Assembly: GCA_045576715.1 (NCBI GenBank)
Contig: JAZNHB010000038.1
Location: 8,100 to 72,099 of the forward strand
DNA: 64,000 bases
Reading direction: 5' to 3'
From: Faecousia sp.
Lineage (GTDB): Bacteria > Bacillota > Clostridia > Oscillospirales > Oscillospiraceae
The notes below the pieces were generated by a model. That model saw nothing but the letters and a program-made list of their open reading frames with translations. It had not been told where the DNA came from and did not search any database. The translations under genes were made by a program, and so were the position numbers. Positions 48,716 through 59,563 of this stretch are shown here, piece after piece (positions within the stretch are counted from its first letter, which is position 1; every line of letters starts with the position of its first letter).

Positions 48716-49201
48716 ATGGCTCATATCAGTGAAGCCGGTGTCAAGAAGATCTGTGAGATCTGCGACAGATATGTAAATGAAAAGACACCGCTGATGATGA
48801 TCCTCAGCGATATCCAGAAGGAATACGGTTACATTCCTCTGGATGTACAGCAGCTCGTTTCTGAAAAGACCGGCATCCCCGTAGCAGAGATCTACGGCGT
48901 TGTCACTTTCTACTCCTTCTTCTCTCTGGAGCCGAAGGGCAAGTACATTATCGGCTGCTGTCTGGGCACTGCCTGCTATGTCAAGGGTGCACAGCAGGTC
49001 ATCGACAAATTCTCCGAAATTCTGGGCATCAAGCCCGGTGAGACTACCGCAGACGGCATGTTCACCATCGACGCGCTGCGCTGCATCGGTGCCTGTGGTA
49101 TTGCTCCTGCTGTTACTATCAACGGCAAGGTCTATCCCAAGATGTCTGTGGATGCCGTAGCCGGCGTTGTGGAAGAATACCGGGCAAAGGAGGCTAACTA
49201 A
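48716..49201 (+). CDS. NuoE/HydC-like 2Fe-2S subunit
   Basis: 'YGVVTFYSFF', 'CLGTACYVKG', 'RCIGACGIAP'. Confidence 0.93.
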   Translation: MAHISEAGVKKICEICDRYVNEKTPLMMILSDIQKEYGYIPLDVQQLVSEKTGIPVAEIYGVVTFYSFFSLEPKGKYIIGCCLGTACYVKGAQQVIDKFSEILGIKPGETTADGMFTIDALRCIGACGIAPAVTINGKVYPKMSVDAVAGVVEEYRAKEAN

Positions 49202-51082
49202 ATGAAGAATTTTGCTGAGCTGGATTCCAAGATCTGTTCCTGCACCGACGCGCTGAAGGCCAAGCTGGACGGCTCTAATGGCAAGCGTGCCATTCTGCTG
49301 TGTGGCGGTACCGGCTGTCTGTCCTCCAATTCCATGGACATCAAGGGCAAGTTTGATGCACTGGTTGCCGAGAATCACATGGAAGATAAGGTTACCGTCA
49401 ATACTGTTGGCTGCTTCGGTTTCTGTTCTCAGGGTCCTTTCGTTAAGATTCTGCCCGAAGACACCCTTTACCGTCTGGTCAAGGTGGAAGATGTGGAAGA
49501 AATCTTCGAAAAAGACATCAAGGGCGGCGAAATTATTGAGCGCCTGCTGTACATCGAGCCCAATACCGGCGAGAAGGTTGCTAAACAGGACGATATCAAT
49601 TTCTATAAGAAGCAGAAGCGCGTTGCTCTTCACGGCGGCGGTGTTATCAACCCCGAAAACATTGAAGAAGCTATGGGCTATGGTGCATTCCAGGGCCTGA
49701 AGCGGGCACTGAGCATGGACCGCAAGGCAGTTATCGATGAAGTGCTGGCTTCCGGCCTGCGCGGCCGTGGCGGCGGCGGCTTCCCCACCGGCAGAAAGTG
49801 GATGTTTGCTTACGGCTCCCAGAGCGACCAGAAATATGTGGTCTGCAACGGTGACGAGGGCGACCCCGGTGCTTTCATGGACCGCTCCATTCTGGAGGGT
49901 AACCCCTATGCCGTTATCGAAGGCATGATGATCGCCGGCTATGCTATTGGCGCTACCGAAGGTTATTTCTATGTCCGTGCGGAGTATCCCATCGCCGTGA
50001 ACCGTCTGCGCAACGCAATTAAGCAGATGAACGAGATCGGTGTTCTGGGCGAAAATATTCTTGGCACCGGCTTCAGCTTCCAGGCACACATCCGTCTTGG
50101 TGCAGGCGCATTCGTCTGCGGCGAAGAAACTGCTTTGCTGAACTCTATTGAGGGCAAGCGCGGTATGCCTCGCCCCCGTCCTCCTTTCCCCGCTGTAAAG
50201 GGTCTGTGGGCAGAGCCCACCATCGTTAACAACGTTGAGACTCTGGCTTGTGTTCCCTACATTCTCCGCGAGGGTGCTGAGGAGTTTGCCTCCTGCGGTA
50301 CCGAGAAGTCCAAGGGCACCAAGGTCTTCGCTCTGGGTGGCAAGGTCAATAATGTTGGCCTGGTGGAGATTCCTATGGGTACCACGCTGCGTGAGCTGAT
50401 CTACGACATTGGCGGCGGCATTCCCGACGGCAAGAAGTTTAAGGCGATCCAGACCGGCGGCCCCTCCGGCGGCTGTCTGACAGCAGAAAACCTGGATGAG
50501 CCTATCGATTTTGACAACCTGGTTGCTAAGGGTTCTATGATGGGCTCTGGTGGCGCTATCGTCATGGACGAAGACAACTGCATGGTTGACGTTGCCAAGT
50601 TCTATATGGAATTCATCTGCGATGAGTCCTGCGGTAAGTGTACTCCCTGCCGTATCGGTACCCGCCGTATGCTGGAGATCCTCACCAAGATCACCGAGGG
50701 CAAGGGCACTCTGGAAGACCTGGACAAGCTGGAAGAGATCAGCAACCTGATCAAGACCGGTTCCCTGTGCGCGCTGGGCCAGACTGCTTCCAACCCCGTC
50801 GTGTCTACTATGAAGCACTTCCGGGATGAGTACATTGCACACGTGGTGGATAAGACCTGCCCTGCCAAGGTTTGTAAGAACCTGATGAGCTACGTCATCG
50901 AGCAGGATAATTGTGTCGGCTGCGGTCGCTGTGCCAAGGCTTGCCCCGCCGGCGCAATCGAAAAGACCGATTATATTGCTCCCGGTAAGAAGCTGCCTTC
51001 TTATCAGATCGATGCTCAGAAGTGTGTCAAGTGTGGCGCATGTATTGCTACCTGCAAGCTGAAGGCTATCGTAAAGAAGTAA
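49202..51082 (+). CDS. NuoF/HydB-like FMN/NADH-binding subunit
   Basis: N-terminal thioredoxin-like 2Fe-2S, 'GLRGRGGGGFPTG', 'DEGDPGAFMDR', 'GEETAL', 'ESCGKCTPCR', C-terminal 2x[4Fe-4S]. Confidence 0.95.
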   Translation: MKNFAELDSKICSCTDALKAKLDGSNGKRAILLCGGTGCLSSNSMDIKGKFDALVAENHMEDKVTVNTVGCFGFCSQGPFVKILPEDTLYRLVKVEDVEEIFEKDIKGGEIIERLLYIEPNTGEKVAKQDDINFYKKQKRVALHGGGVINPENIEEAMGYGAFQGLKRALSMDRKAVIDEVLASGLRGRGGGGFPTGRKWMFAYGSQSDQKYVVCNGDEGDPGAFMDRSILEGNPYAVIEGMMIAGYAIGATEGYFYVRAEYPIAVNRLRNAIKQMNEIGVLGENILGTGFSFQAHIRLGAGAFVCGEETALLNSIEGKRGMPRPRPPFPAVKGLWAEPTIVNNVETLACVPYILREGAEEFASCGTEKSKGTKVFALGGKVNNVGLVEIPMGTTLRELIYDIGGGIPDGKKFKAIQTGGPSGGCLTAENLDEPIDFDNLVAKGSMMGSGGAIVMDEDNCMVDVAKFYMEFICDESCGKCTPCRIGTRRMLEILTKITEGKGTLEDLDKLEEISNLIKTGSLCALGQTASNPVVSTMKHFRDEYIAHVVDKTCPAKVCKNLMSYVIEQDNCVGCGRCAKACPAGAIEKTDYIAPGKKLPSYQIDAQKCVKCGACIATCKLKAIVKK

Positions 51083-51097
51083 GATATTTCATTCGTA

Positions 51098-51135
51098 AGG
51101 GCCGCACAGTTTTGCTGTGCGGCCCTGTTTTTTTA
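51098..51135 (+). terminator. Rho-independent terminator
   Basis: AGGGCCGCACAG-tttt-GCTGTGCGGCCCT followed by a T-run. Confidence 0.8.
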
Positions 51136-51188
51136 TTCCCTTTGAAAAATTTGTCATTTGTGTATTATCATGGGATCGAGGTGTTGCT

Positions 51189-52526
51189 ATGAGAAAGCTG
51201 AACCAGCTTTCTGAACGCTCCTTTTTAAAGCTGTTCTTTTTGTTTTTCAGCTGCAGCTTTGTGATCGCGGCTGTTTTTATGCCGGATCGGTCTGAAATGC
51301 TGTCGGGACTGTTGCGGATTTTGAGCCAGCCCACCAAAGCATATACCAACTTCTTTGCGGTAGGTGGCTTTTCTGCTACTTTCCTAAACATGGGATTGGT
51401 AGGCCTGTGTTGTACCGGGCTGTACTGCCTGCCGGGAGATAAGGACAATAGCACAGCTACATTGGTTACGATTCTGACAACCGGTTTCGGTTCTTGGGGC
51501 ATCCATATTTTAAATATGTGGTTTGGTGTTTTGGGAGTGGTGCTGTACTGCATCATCAAAAAAGAAAAGCTTGGGAATCACACCAACGCCATGCTTTTTA
51601 CCACCGGTCTGGCACCATTCTTTTCCGAGTTTTTGGTTCGTTACCCCAATCCTGAGGTTGTAGGTTTTCGACTGGGCGGTTTTCTGCTGGCCGCAGGTAT
51701 AGGCATCGTATGCGGCTTATTCCTTCCTGCCGGTCTGGATAATTCTCCCAAGGTCCACAAAGGTTTTGATATATACTCTGCAGCGCTGCCGGTGGGAATG
51801 ACCGCGCTGCTGCTCCAGGGATTTCTTTACAAAGCGGTTGGTGTGCCGGTTCCTTTGGCTGTTGCAGATATCACGGTGGCCTCATCTACCATTGTCAACA
51901 CTTTCTGTGCTTGTCTGTTCTCTGCTTGCATTGTGCTTGCTTTTTCAATGGGTTGCAGGCCAAAGGATTATTGGAAGCTGATGTCCGATCCGGAGTTTGT
52001 GCGGAACTTCTCTGCCACCTACGGAAATGCTACAATGCTGATGAATGTGGGTCTGTTCGGCTTGTTCATTTTGGCATATTATAATATCATCGGTGCACCC
52101 TTTAACGGTATTACCTTTGGTGTTGTTTTCTGTATGCTCGCCACCTGCAATTCCGGTTCCCACCCGGCCAATACTTGGTCCATTATACTGGGTTATGTGC
52201 TGGCTTCCTACGGAACCCGGTTAATCTCTGCTTTTGTGGGTGTCCCCTTTGCGCAGACGCTCAATGCACAAAATATTATCGTTGGTGTCTGTTATTCAAA
52301 TGGTTTAAGTCCCATCAGTGATCATTACGGTTGGCGTTACGGTTTGGTAGCAGCAATCTTGCACTATTTTATGGTTACTACGATTCCGTTGCTCCACGGT
52401 GATATGTGTCTGTACAACGGTGGCTTCACTGCCGCGTTGGTATGCCTGCTCATGGTTCCCGGCTTGGAGCGGCTGTTTAAAACAAAGCTGGAACGTCAGG
52501 AACTAAGAAAGGCCTTAAGAAAATAA
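51189..52526 (+). CDS. DUF1576-like polytopic membrane protein
   Basis: Internally duplicated membrane protein with 'HKGFDIYSA' and 'HGDMCLYNGGFTA' motifs. Confidence 0.7.
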   Translation: MRKLNQLSERSFLKLFFLFFSCSFVIAAVFMPDRSEMLSGLLRILSQPTKAYTNFFAVGGFSATFLNMGLVGLCCTGLYCLPGDKDNSTATLVTILTTGFGSWGIHILNMWFGVLGVVLYCIIKKEKLGNHTNAMLFTTGLAPFFSEFLVRYPNPEVVGFRLGGFLLAAGIGIVCGLFLPAGLDNSPKVHKGFDIYSAALPVGMTALLLQGFLYKAVGVPVPLAVADITVASSTIVNTFCACLFSACIVLAFSMGCRPKDYWKLMSDPEFVRNFSATYGNATMLMNVGLFGLFILAYYNIIGAPFNGITFGVVFCMLATCNSGSHPANTWSIILGYVLASYGTRLISAFVGVPFAQTLNAQNIIVGVCYSNGLSPISDHYGWRYGLVAAILHYFMVTTIPLLHGDMCLYNGGFTAALVCLLMVPGLERLFKTKLERQELRKALRK

Positions 52527-52565
52527 ATGAAAATGCTGACTTCATTATGAAGCCAGCATTTTTGT

Positions 52566-54698
52566 TTAAATTATTGCGGCAATCAGCAGATAAATCAGAG
52601 TTGCGCAAAGTCCCAGACAGAACAGAACCAAACCGAAGGACAAGCTCCGTTCGATAAAGGTTGCATTCTCTTTGAACGCGGCATACTTCAGTACGAACCA
52701 GTGCTCCAGATCCTTGCGGTGCTCATGATTACGCCAAATGGTTTGGTTCAACAGCTTCTCCAGCAGGTTCAGGGTCACGCCAACCACATGGGTCAGGGCG
52801 TTGCCTTCCTCCAGTTCTCCCCGTTGGGGGCTGTCCCGGTATACGGTTTTCCGCAACAGGACCACGACTCCGTCGGTGAGAATGTTCAAAGCACCGGCAA
52901 TCGCCATGCCGGTTTTCCGAAGAAAGGCGATCAGCACATCCGGCACATTATCCAAAAAGCTGCAAAGCCCGCCAAAGAAACCGGGCAGGATTTTTAGGAT
53001 CAAGGGACGGTAAATCAGCTCTTCCAAATCCAGCCGTGCAGGCCATCGGTCTACATACTCTCCACAACGCATCATCCAACCACGAACTACTGTGAAATAC
53101 AGCGCCACGCCAATGGTTACAGAAATCACACTGCCCTTAAGATTTACCCAGGCAAAATAATGTACGGCATGACCTGCGTGGTGAACACCCAGGAAACTCT
53201 GAGCCATATCTGCCAGACGATCCATGGTAAAACCGGGCAGCATACCCATAATCGGGACCAGCACGGCGGCAGATGTCAACGCAACAGCACTGATAGGCTT
53301 CCAATAAGTTTTCTTGGCATCAAAGGCTGCCTGTACCTGAGCATCCCGGTTTTCTTCCAAAAACACCGCAACAAACAGCTTGCACATATAGGCAACGGTC
53401 AGACCGCCGCTGATCAAAAAGATCCATTCAATGGCCTTGATGCTGCTTAGCGTAAAGAAAGCGGAGTGCAAATGACCGCCTTCCATAGCATGGATGTATT
53501 CCACAATGCCCTCATGCAGCAGGGTCTTGCTGATGTAGCCGCTCCAACCGGGGATGCCGCCGATACCCAAGGCTCCCATTAGATAACATAGCATCAGCAA
53601 GGGTTTCTTTCGGCCAAAACCGCGAATTTCGTTCAACTCCAGCTTGTGGGTGTTCATAAAGATCACCGCTGCCACCAGAAACAGAATCAGCTTGAACATG
53701 GAGTGGTTCAGCATATGCAGGAAAGTTCCTCTGGCTGCCAGCGTGTTTTCCTTGCCCAGCAGTACCAGCATACCAACACCTACCAGAATAAAGCCGATCT
53801 GAGAAACAGAGGAGCAGGCCAGTGTACGCTTGAAATTCACAGAGAACAGCGCAAGCAATGCGCCCAGGAACATGGTAACGACACCAATAAGAAGGATCAG
53901 CGCGCCCCAAGCATCGTCATGGAGCAGCATTTTGCAGCTGATGACCAGAATGCCGAAAATACCGGTTTTCGTCAGAATACCGGACAGCAGGGAACTGGCC
54001 GGGGCCGGAGCCTCCGGATGGGCCTTGGGCAGCCAGATGTGGATGGGAAACGCACCGGCCTTGCCGGCAAAACCCACAAGCATGCACAACGCCGCAGGCC
54101 AGAGATTTTTACCTTCACAGGCCGCAGGCAATTCCTCGATGACCAGCGTTCCTGCAGTCTGATACAGCAGGAAAATACCCATCAGCAGCACCATACCGCC
54201 GATGACTGCCACCGCCAGATATGTTCCGCCCGCCCGCAGGGACCCTTCCTTTTCATCCTGCGCCACCCACACATAGGAGCACAGGGACATGATCTCAAAA
54301 AATACAAAAGTGGTATACAGATCTGCGGACAGGAAAACGGCCACTGTTGCGCCCAGTGTAATCAGCTGAAACAGATAATACCGATTCCGATTGCAGTAAT
54401 GGGCAAAATACTCCGAAGAGATCAGGCCGGTGATCAGCCACATAAAGGCAGCGACCAGTGCATAAATACAACGGAACCCATCGGCTGTAAAGTTCAGACC
54501 GAGTCCGCAGAAACCGGCAACCGTTACCATATTGCCTTGCTTGTGGGTCAGCAATAGCACGATCGCAAGGATAAACTCCACGGCCACAGCTACACCGAAG
54601 AAGATATTCCGTGCGGTTTTATTTTTTCTGCCGATCAGATAAGAAAGGACCGCTGCTGCTATTGGGCCAAATACCATCAGATAAATCAAAATATCCAT
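52566..54698 (-). CDS. MrpA/NuoL-like proton-conducting antiporter subunit with long C-terminal extension
   Basis: 'FFEIMS', 'KAGAFPIHIWLPKAHPEAPAPASSLLSG', 'NHSMFK'. Confidence 0.88.
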   Translation of the reverse strand: MDILIYLMVFGPIAAAVLSYLIGRKNKTARNIFFGVAVAVEFILAIVLLLTHKQGNMVTVAGFCGLGLNFTADGFRCIYALVAAFMWLITGLISSEYFAHYCNRNRYYLFQLITLGATVAVFLSADLYTTFVFFEIMSLCSYVWVAQDEKEGSLRAGGTYLAVAVIGGMVLLMGIFLLYQTAGTLVIEELPAACEGKNLWPAALCMLVGFAGKAGAFPIHIWLPKAHPEAPAPASSLLSGILTKTGIFGILVISCKMLLHDDAWGALILLIGVVTMFLGALLALFSVNFKRTLACSSVSQIGFILVGVGMLVLLGKENTLAARGTFLHMLNHSMFKLILFLVAAVIFMNTHKLELNEIRGFGRKKPLLMLCYLMGALGIGGIPGWSGYISKTLLHEGIVEYIHAMEGGHLHSAFFTLSSIKAIEWIFLISGGLTVAYMCKLFVAVFLEENRDAQVQAAFDAKKTYWKPISAVALTSAAVLVPIMGMLPGFTMDRLADMAQSFLGVHHAGHAVHYFAWVNLKGSVISVTIGVALYFTVVRGWMMRCGEYVDRWPARLDLEELIYRPLILKILPGFFGGLCSFLDNVPDVLIAFLRKTGMAIAGALNILTDGVVVLLRKTVYRDSPQRGELEEGNALTHVVGVTLNLLEKLLNQTIWRNHEHRKDLEHWFVLKYAAFKENATFIERSLSFGLVLFCLGLCATLIYLLIAAII

Positions 54699-54713
54699 GA
54701 TGCGCCTCCCATC

Positions 54714-56183
54714 TTAGAACATCCCAAGGGCGATTGCCCGGAAGAATTCGATCAAAGGCGCAGAAAACAAACCCAACAGCACCGTAGCCACTGCACAGAT
54801 CAGCATAGGCAGACACATTTGCCAGCCGGGATCGCCCACAGGTTCTTCACGCTTTTCCTCTGTTGCCGGGAAAAAGGCGCGGCATACCACACTGAGCATG
54901 TAGATCGCAGTCAAAAGTGCAGAAAGAATCAAACAGACAATACCTGCATAGGCAGTAGGATTGTCACTATGTACAGCCGCCTGAGTCAAATTCCATTTAC
55001 TGATAAAGCCGGCAAAGCCCGGAACGCCCATCAGACTAAGAGAAGCCACCGCAAAGGTTCCAAAAACGATCTTCATTTTCTTTCCCATGCCGTTCATCTC
55101 ATAGATATGCTTCTTTCCTGTCTGATGCATAAATGCACCTGCACAGAAAAAAGCAGTAATTTTCATGAAACCGTGGAACACAAAATGGGTCAGTGCACCC
55201 ACCAGGCCCAAGGGGGTCATTATGGTGGCGCCGAAGATGATGTAGCTTAAATTGCTCACGGTGGACCAAGCCAAACGGCGTTTGATGTGGGTCTCCTTCA
55301 CCGCGCGGCTGCAGCCGTAAACGATTGTAAACATAGCCAACACCATACATACATTTTGGACCCAGGTTCCCTGAAGAAAATCTGTACCAAAGCTATAGTA
55401 GGTCAGCCGGATAATGGCAAAGGCACCGGCATTGACCACTGCCACTGCGTGTAGCAGTGCTGTCACCGGAGTGGGTGCCACGCCTGCCTGCGGCAGCCAG
55501 GAGGACAGGGGAAAAATGGCGGATTTTACGCCGAAGCCCATAAAGGAGAAGAGATAAATCCACAGAAGCAGATCACTGTGCTGTCTAAGTGTTGTCGGGG
55601 AGAAGACGCCGCCCATTACAAATTCGCTGGTATCTCCGTAGATGATCAAAAAGACCATTCCCATCAGCGCAAAGGCTGCGCCGCCGATGGAGAAGTACAG
55701 ATATTTCCGCACCGCTAAAATGGCTTCGCGGGTCATGGTGTGCATTACCAAAGGCACAGTTACCAGAGTAAGAAGCTCATAGAAAAAATACATGCTCATG
55801 ATATTGGAGGCAAAAGCAATACCCAGGGTGATGCCGTAGGTCATGGTATAAAACATGAAAAAGGGCTTTTCGTGTTTCTCATGGGTCATGTATTCAAAGG
55901 CATACAAGGTTGCCAGGGGCCAAAGGATCGCCACCAACCCGGCAAACACCATGGTCATTCCATCGATCTTAAACGAAATAGAAAGATCGTTCACAAAACG
56001 AACCACATGGAAATCTCCCGTTTTGCCACCCAGCAGCAACGCCACTACCACCGCAGAGGTCAGCAGCACCACGATCTCGATATATGTAAGTATCCATTTC
56101 CGCTTCCGAAACGGCAGCAACGGGATTCCAATGCCGCCTAGAACTGGCAGAAGAATGGCAACTAAGATCCAATATTGACTCAT
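54714..56183 (-). CDS. MrpD/NuoM-like proton-conducting subunit
   Basis: 'FFYELLT', 'WLPQAGVAPTPVTALLHAV', 'HGFMKI'. Confidence 0.88.
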   Translation of the reverse strand: MSQYWILVAILLPVLGGIGIPLLPFRKRKWILTYIEIVVLLTSAVVVALLLGGKTGDFHVVRFVNDLSISFKIDGMTMVFAGLVAILWPLATLYAFEYMTHEKHEKPFFMFYTMTYGITLGIAFASNIMSMYFFYELLTLVTVPLVMHTMTREAILAVRKYLYFSIGGAAFALMGMVFLIIYGDTSEFVMGGVFSPTTLRQHSDLLLWIYLFSFMGFGVKSAIFPLSSWLPQAGVAPTPVTALLHAVAVVNAGAFAIIRLTYYSFGTDFLQGTWVQNVCMVLAMFTIVYGCSRAVKETHIKRRLAWSTVSNLSYIIFGATIMTPLGLVGALTHFVFHGFMKITAFFCAGAFMHQTGKKHIYEMNGMGKKMKIVFGTFAVASLSLMGVPGFAGFISKWNLTQAAVHSDNPTAYAGIVCLILSALLTAIYMLSVVCRAFFPATEEKREEPVGDPGWQMCLPMLICAVATVLLGLFSAPLIEFFRAIALGMF

Positions 56184-56196
56184 ATGCAGCCTCCGT

Positions 56197-57660
56197 TTAC
56201 AGTACTGCAGCAGTAATCTTGGCGATGTAATCTGTCAACAGATTGGGGAAAATGCCCAGCAGAATTGCCAAAACAGCCAAAATCAGCAACGGGATCAGCA
56301 TAGTCAGATCCGGTTCTTTCTTTTTAAGTCCCTCGTAATTAAAGTCCGCGCCGGGCAGGAAACCGTTCACTGTAATAGGCAGCAAGTAGCCTGCTGTCAG
56401 CAAAGCACTGGTCAGGAGCACTACAGGACCAAGCCAGGAGAAAGTCTCGATTCCGGAGGACAGTGCGCCGGTAGCCAGATACCACTTACTGATAAAGCCA
56501 CTGGCGGGAGGAATACCGATGAGCGCCGCGGAGGCAAAGGTAAAGCACCAAATGGTGACGGGCATTTCCTTTCCAATACCCCGCAGATCATCCACATTGG
56601 TCTTGTGCGTCTTATAGATGATTGCGCCGGCACTGAGGAACAGGCAGGATTTAATGACAGCGTGGAACACCACGTGCAGCAGTGCGCCTGTCATGGCCTG
56701 CGGTTGCAGCAGGGACAGACCGAAGAGAATATAGGAAGCCTGACTGACTGTGGAGTAGGCCAGGCGCTTCTTCATGACCTTCTCCCGATAGGCCAGCATG
56801 GAACCCATGAATACTGTCAGCAGTGCCAGGCTCATCCAAAGGGTCTGGACCCAGGTGCCCCGGATAAAGTCTGCGCCTACGAGATAGTAGACCACACGGA
56901 TCATGCCCAAGACGCCCATTTTAACAATGATTCCGGACATAACCGCACTGGCAGGAGCCGGCGCTACAGGGTGGGCAGTTGGCAGCCAGGCGTGGAGGGG
57001 GAACATGCCGGCTTTTACGCTGAAACCAATAATCATGGAGAAGGCAACCACCAACATCAGCGTTTCGTTGCCAGCAATGGAACCCAAATTCAGTGTGCCG
57101 CCGGGCAGGAAGGCGAGGCTGTCAGAAAACCGATTCAGGAAGAACAGACCAAACAGCACCATATAGGCACCGAACAGAGAATAGAACAGGTATTTCAGGC
57201 CGCCCTTGATGGCATCCTTGGAGCGGTTATGCAGGATCAGCGGAACAGACAGCAGGGTCATCAGCTCGTAGAACAGGTAGAAGGTGACCATACCGCCGGA
57301 GAATACCAGTCCATGGAGGATGCCGTGCACCATAAGATAGAAACCGAAGAAACGGGTTTCCTCCTGCTCGTGCTTCATATACTCAAACGCATAGAAGCCG
57401 GATAAGACCCATACTGCATTTACCACCACGGCAAACAGCTTACCCATATGATCCACATGGAAGTAGATATCCAGGTTTTTGCCGAAGGAGAACAGCAGCA
57501 ATTCTGTTTCTCCTCCAAATGCAACAGCCAAACCCAGTGCAGCAGTTACGGCCAGGCCTACGCCGGTGAGGGTCAAAAGAATGCTTCTGCACTTGAATTC
57601 CCGTTTCAACAGGATCCCGAGACCCAGTAATACAGGGAAAAGAATCGATAAAATCAGCAT
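56197..57660 (-). CDS. MrpD/NuoM-like proton-conducting subunit
   Basis: 'FYELMT', 'KAGMFPLHAWLPTAHPVAP', 'HAVIKS'. Confidence 0.88.
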   Translation of the reverse strand: MLILSILFPVLLGLGILLKREFKCRSILLTLTGVGLAVTAALGLAVAFGGETELLLFSFGKNLDIYFHVDHMGKLFAVVVNAVWVLSGFYAFEYMKHEQEETRFFGFYLMVHGILHGLVFSGGMVTFYLFYELMTLLSVPLILHNRSKDAIKGGLKYLFYSLFGAYMVLFGLFFLNRFSDSLAFLPGGTLNLGSIAGNETLMLVVAFSMIIGFSVKAGMFPLHAWLPTAHPVAPAPASAVMSGIIVKMGVLGMIRVVYYLVGADFIRGTWVQTLWMSLALLTVFMGSMLAYREKVMKKRLAYSTVSQASYILFGLSLLQPQAMTGALLHVVFHAVIKSCLFLSAGAIIYKTHKTNVDDLRGIGKEMPVTIWCFTFASAALIGIPPASGFISKWYLATGALSSGIETFSWLGPVVLLTSALLTAGYLLPITVNGFLPGADFNYEGLKKKEPDLTMLIPLLILAVLAILLGIFPNLLTDYIAKITAAVL

Positions 57661-57673
57661 GATGTTTACCTCT

Positions 57674-59188
57674 TTACGAAAAATGGAGCAGACCTTCTGC
57701 AATCAGGGAGATGATTGGCTGGGAAGCTACACCCAAAATCAGATTCACAAGAATGAACAGCAAAATCGTAATACAATACTGCTTTTGCTCCGGGAATTTC
57801 ACACTGAAATATCCCTTCTGCTTTATTTCTTCTTTATTTGCCGGCGTATAAATACGGACCGCGGTTTTCAAGAAGTAGATGGCGTTCAGCACTGTACTGA
57901 TGGCCAGAACAATAAGAGTCGGAAACAGCTTCCCGTTAGGCACCAGCACAGCAGCCTCTGCAAACAGCAGTTTGCTGACAAAACCGGAGAACATAGGGAT
58001 ACCTACCATGGACAAGGATGCCACAAGAAAACCGACACCCGCCATCTTGTGCCGGTAAGCGGCACCGGTAATTTCAAAGAAGCTGCGGCTGCCGCCGGAA
58101 ACATCCGTCAGGCCAATGGCAGAAATGAACAGCAATGACTTTGTGGCACCATGAGCCAGAATATGAAAGACCGCCGCAAGCAGACCGGCTTCCGTACCCA
58201 AACCCAATCCCATATAGATATAGCCGATCTGAGCCACGGAGGAAAAGGCAATCATACGCCGTATGTCCTTTTCCCAAATTGCGCTGACAGAACCGAAAAT
58301 CATTCCGCACAGGCCGAACAGGAACAGCAGGTTCAGAATGTGACTACCGGCAATGTGCTCTGCGCCAATGACCCGATAGAAGATCTTAAACAGCAGGAAG
58401 ATATAGCCTTTGGACACCAAACTGGACAAGATTGCGCCTGAGGAAACGGTGCTATAGCCGTAAGCGTCCGGCACCCAGGAGTGGAAGGGAAACAGAGCAC
58501 TCTTAATGGCAAGGCCGACCGTGATAATACCAATGGTGATCATCATGGGAACCCGGTAGGTACCCGCTGCCATAATTGCCCCAACTTGCTGCTGAATGTT
58601 CTCCATCAGCAGATGGCCTGTCAGATCGTAGATCATGCAGATACCCAAAAGCAGCAAACCGGAACCCAAAAGGCTCATGATCATATATCGTACCGCAGCT
58701 TCAATACAGCGACCGTTTTGGCGGATCATGATCAAACCACAGGCCGCAATGGTATTGATCTCAACAAATACATAGGCAGTGAATAGGTCATTGGTGTACA
58801 CCAACGCCAGCAGCGAGCTGAGAAGCAGGTTGCACAGAATGTAGTAAATGTTGTGCTTTGAGACTTCTACCTCATCGAAGAGTTTTTTTCTGCCGCCCAA
58901 AAGAGATAGCAGCATGATGATGCTGAAGAACAGTGCCATGCCTGCTTCCAGCACGCATACCCGCAATTCATTGCCCCAAGGGGCCGGGAAGTGACCCATC
59001 ATGTAGGTATAGCTATCGATTCCGGAAGCCAGCAAATATTGCAGCAGCCAAGCAGACAGAATCGTAACCGCAGTTACCATGGCAGCATTCAGCCGTCTGG
59101 CAGCCTTTCCGGGAAGGACGGAGGACAGAATTCCGGAAAACATGGACAGCATAATGCAGAAAAAGGGGACATTGCGTACCAGTTCCAT
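57674..59188 (-). CDS. mrpD: MrpD-like proton-conducting subunit
   Basis: 'TNDLFTAYVFVEI', 'KSALFPFHSWVPDAY', 'HGATKS'; follows mrpC. Confidence 0.88.
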   Translation of the reverse strand: MELVRNVPFFCIMLSMFSGILSSVLPGKAARRLNAAMVTAVTILSAWLLQYLLASGIDSYTYMMGHFPAPWGNELRVCVLEAGMALFFSIIMLLSLLGGRKKLFDEVEVSKHNIYYILCNLLLSSLLALVYTNDLFTAYVFVEINTIAACGLIMIRQNGRCIEAAVRYMIMSLLGSGLLLLGICMIYDLTGHLLMENIQQQVGAIMAAGTYRVPMMITIGIITVGLAIKSALFPFHSWVPDAYGYSTVSSGAILSSLVSKGYIFLLFKIFYRVIGAEHIAGSHILNLLFLFGLCGMIFGSVSAIWEKDIRRMIAFSSVAQIGYIYMGLGLGTEAGLLAAVFHILAHGATKSLLFISAIGLTDVSGGSRSFFEITGAAYRHKMAGVGFLVASLSMVGIPMFSGFVSKLLFAEAAVLVPNGKLFPTLIVLAISTVLNAIYFLKTAVRIYTPANKEEIKQKGYFSVKFPEQKQYCITILLFILVNLILGVASQPIISLIAEGLLHFS

Positions 59189-59562
59189 TACAGTCCCTCC
59201 TCCCGCAGCCGAGCAGAAATCTCATCCAGGTCCAGGGTATGATACCGGCGATACAGCCGGATGGTCAGCGACAGCATCAAAGCACTGACAGAAACGGAAA
59301 CCACAATGCCCGTCAGCACCAAACCGCTGGGAATGGGATTGATATATGCTTCTACATCTTGGATACCGTCCACTACAATGGGAGGTTTGCGACCGGAGAT
59401 ATAGCCTTTTCCTGCCAAAAACAGGTAGATGGCTGTATCCATGATGTTAAAGCCGATTATTTTTTTGATCAGATTCTTCTGAAACAGCAGGTTCGCAAAG
59501 CCTATGCCGAATAGAAGCATTGCCACAGCTTCTCCCATATTGGTAAGTAAATTCCCGCCCAT
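59188..59562 (-). CDS. mrpC: Mrp subunit C
   Basis: 'NLIKKIIG', 'NPIPSGLVLTGIVVS'. Confidence 0.9.
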   Translation of the reverse strand: MGGNLLTNMGEAVAMLLFGIGFANLLFQKNLIKKIIGFNIMDTAIYLFLAGKGYISGRKPPIVVDGIQDVEAYINPIPSGLVLTGIVVSVSVSALMLSLTIRLYRRYHTLDLDEISARLREEGL

Positions 59563-59563
59563 A

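Noticed and set aside
48626-50842. Long antisense ORFs (738 aa here; also 10184-11440, 24051-25358, 21273-22262, 2679-3740 and others)
   Set aside because: Shadow frames opposite well-supported, codon-biased genes, with no recognisable motifs.
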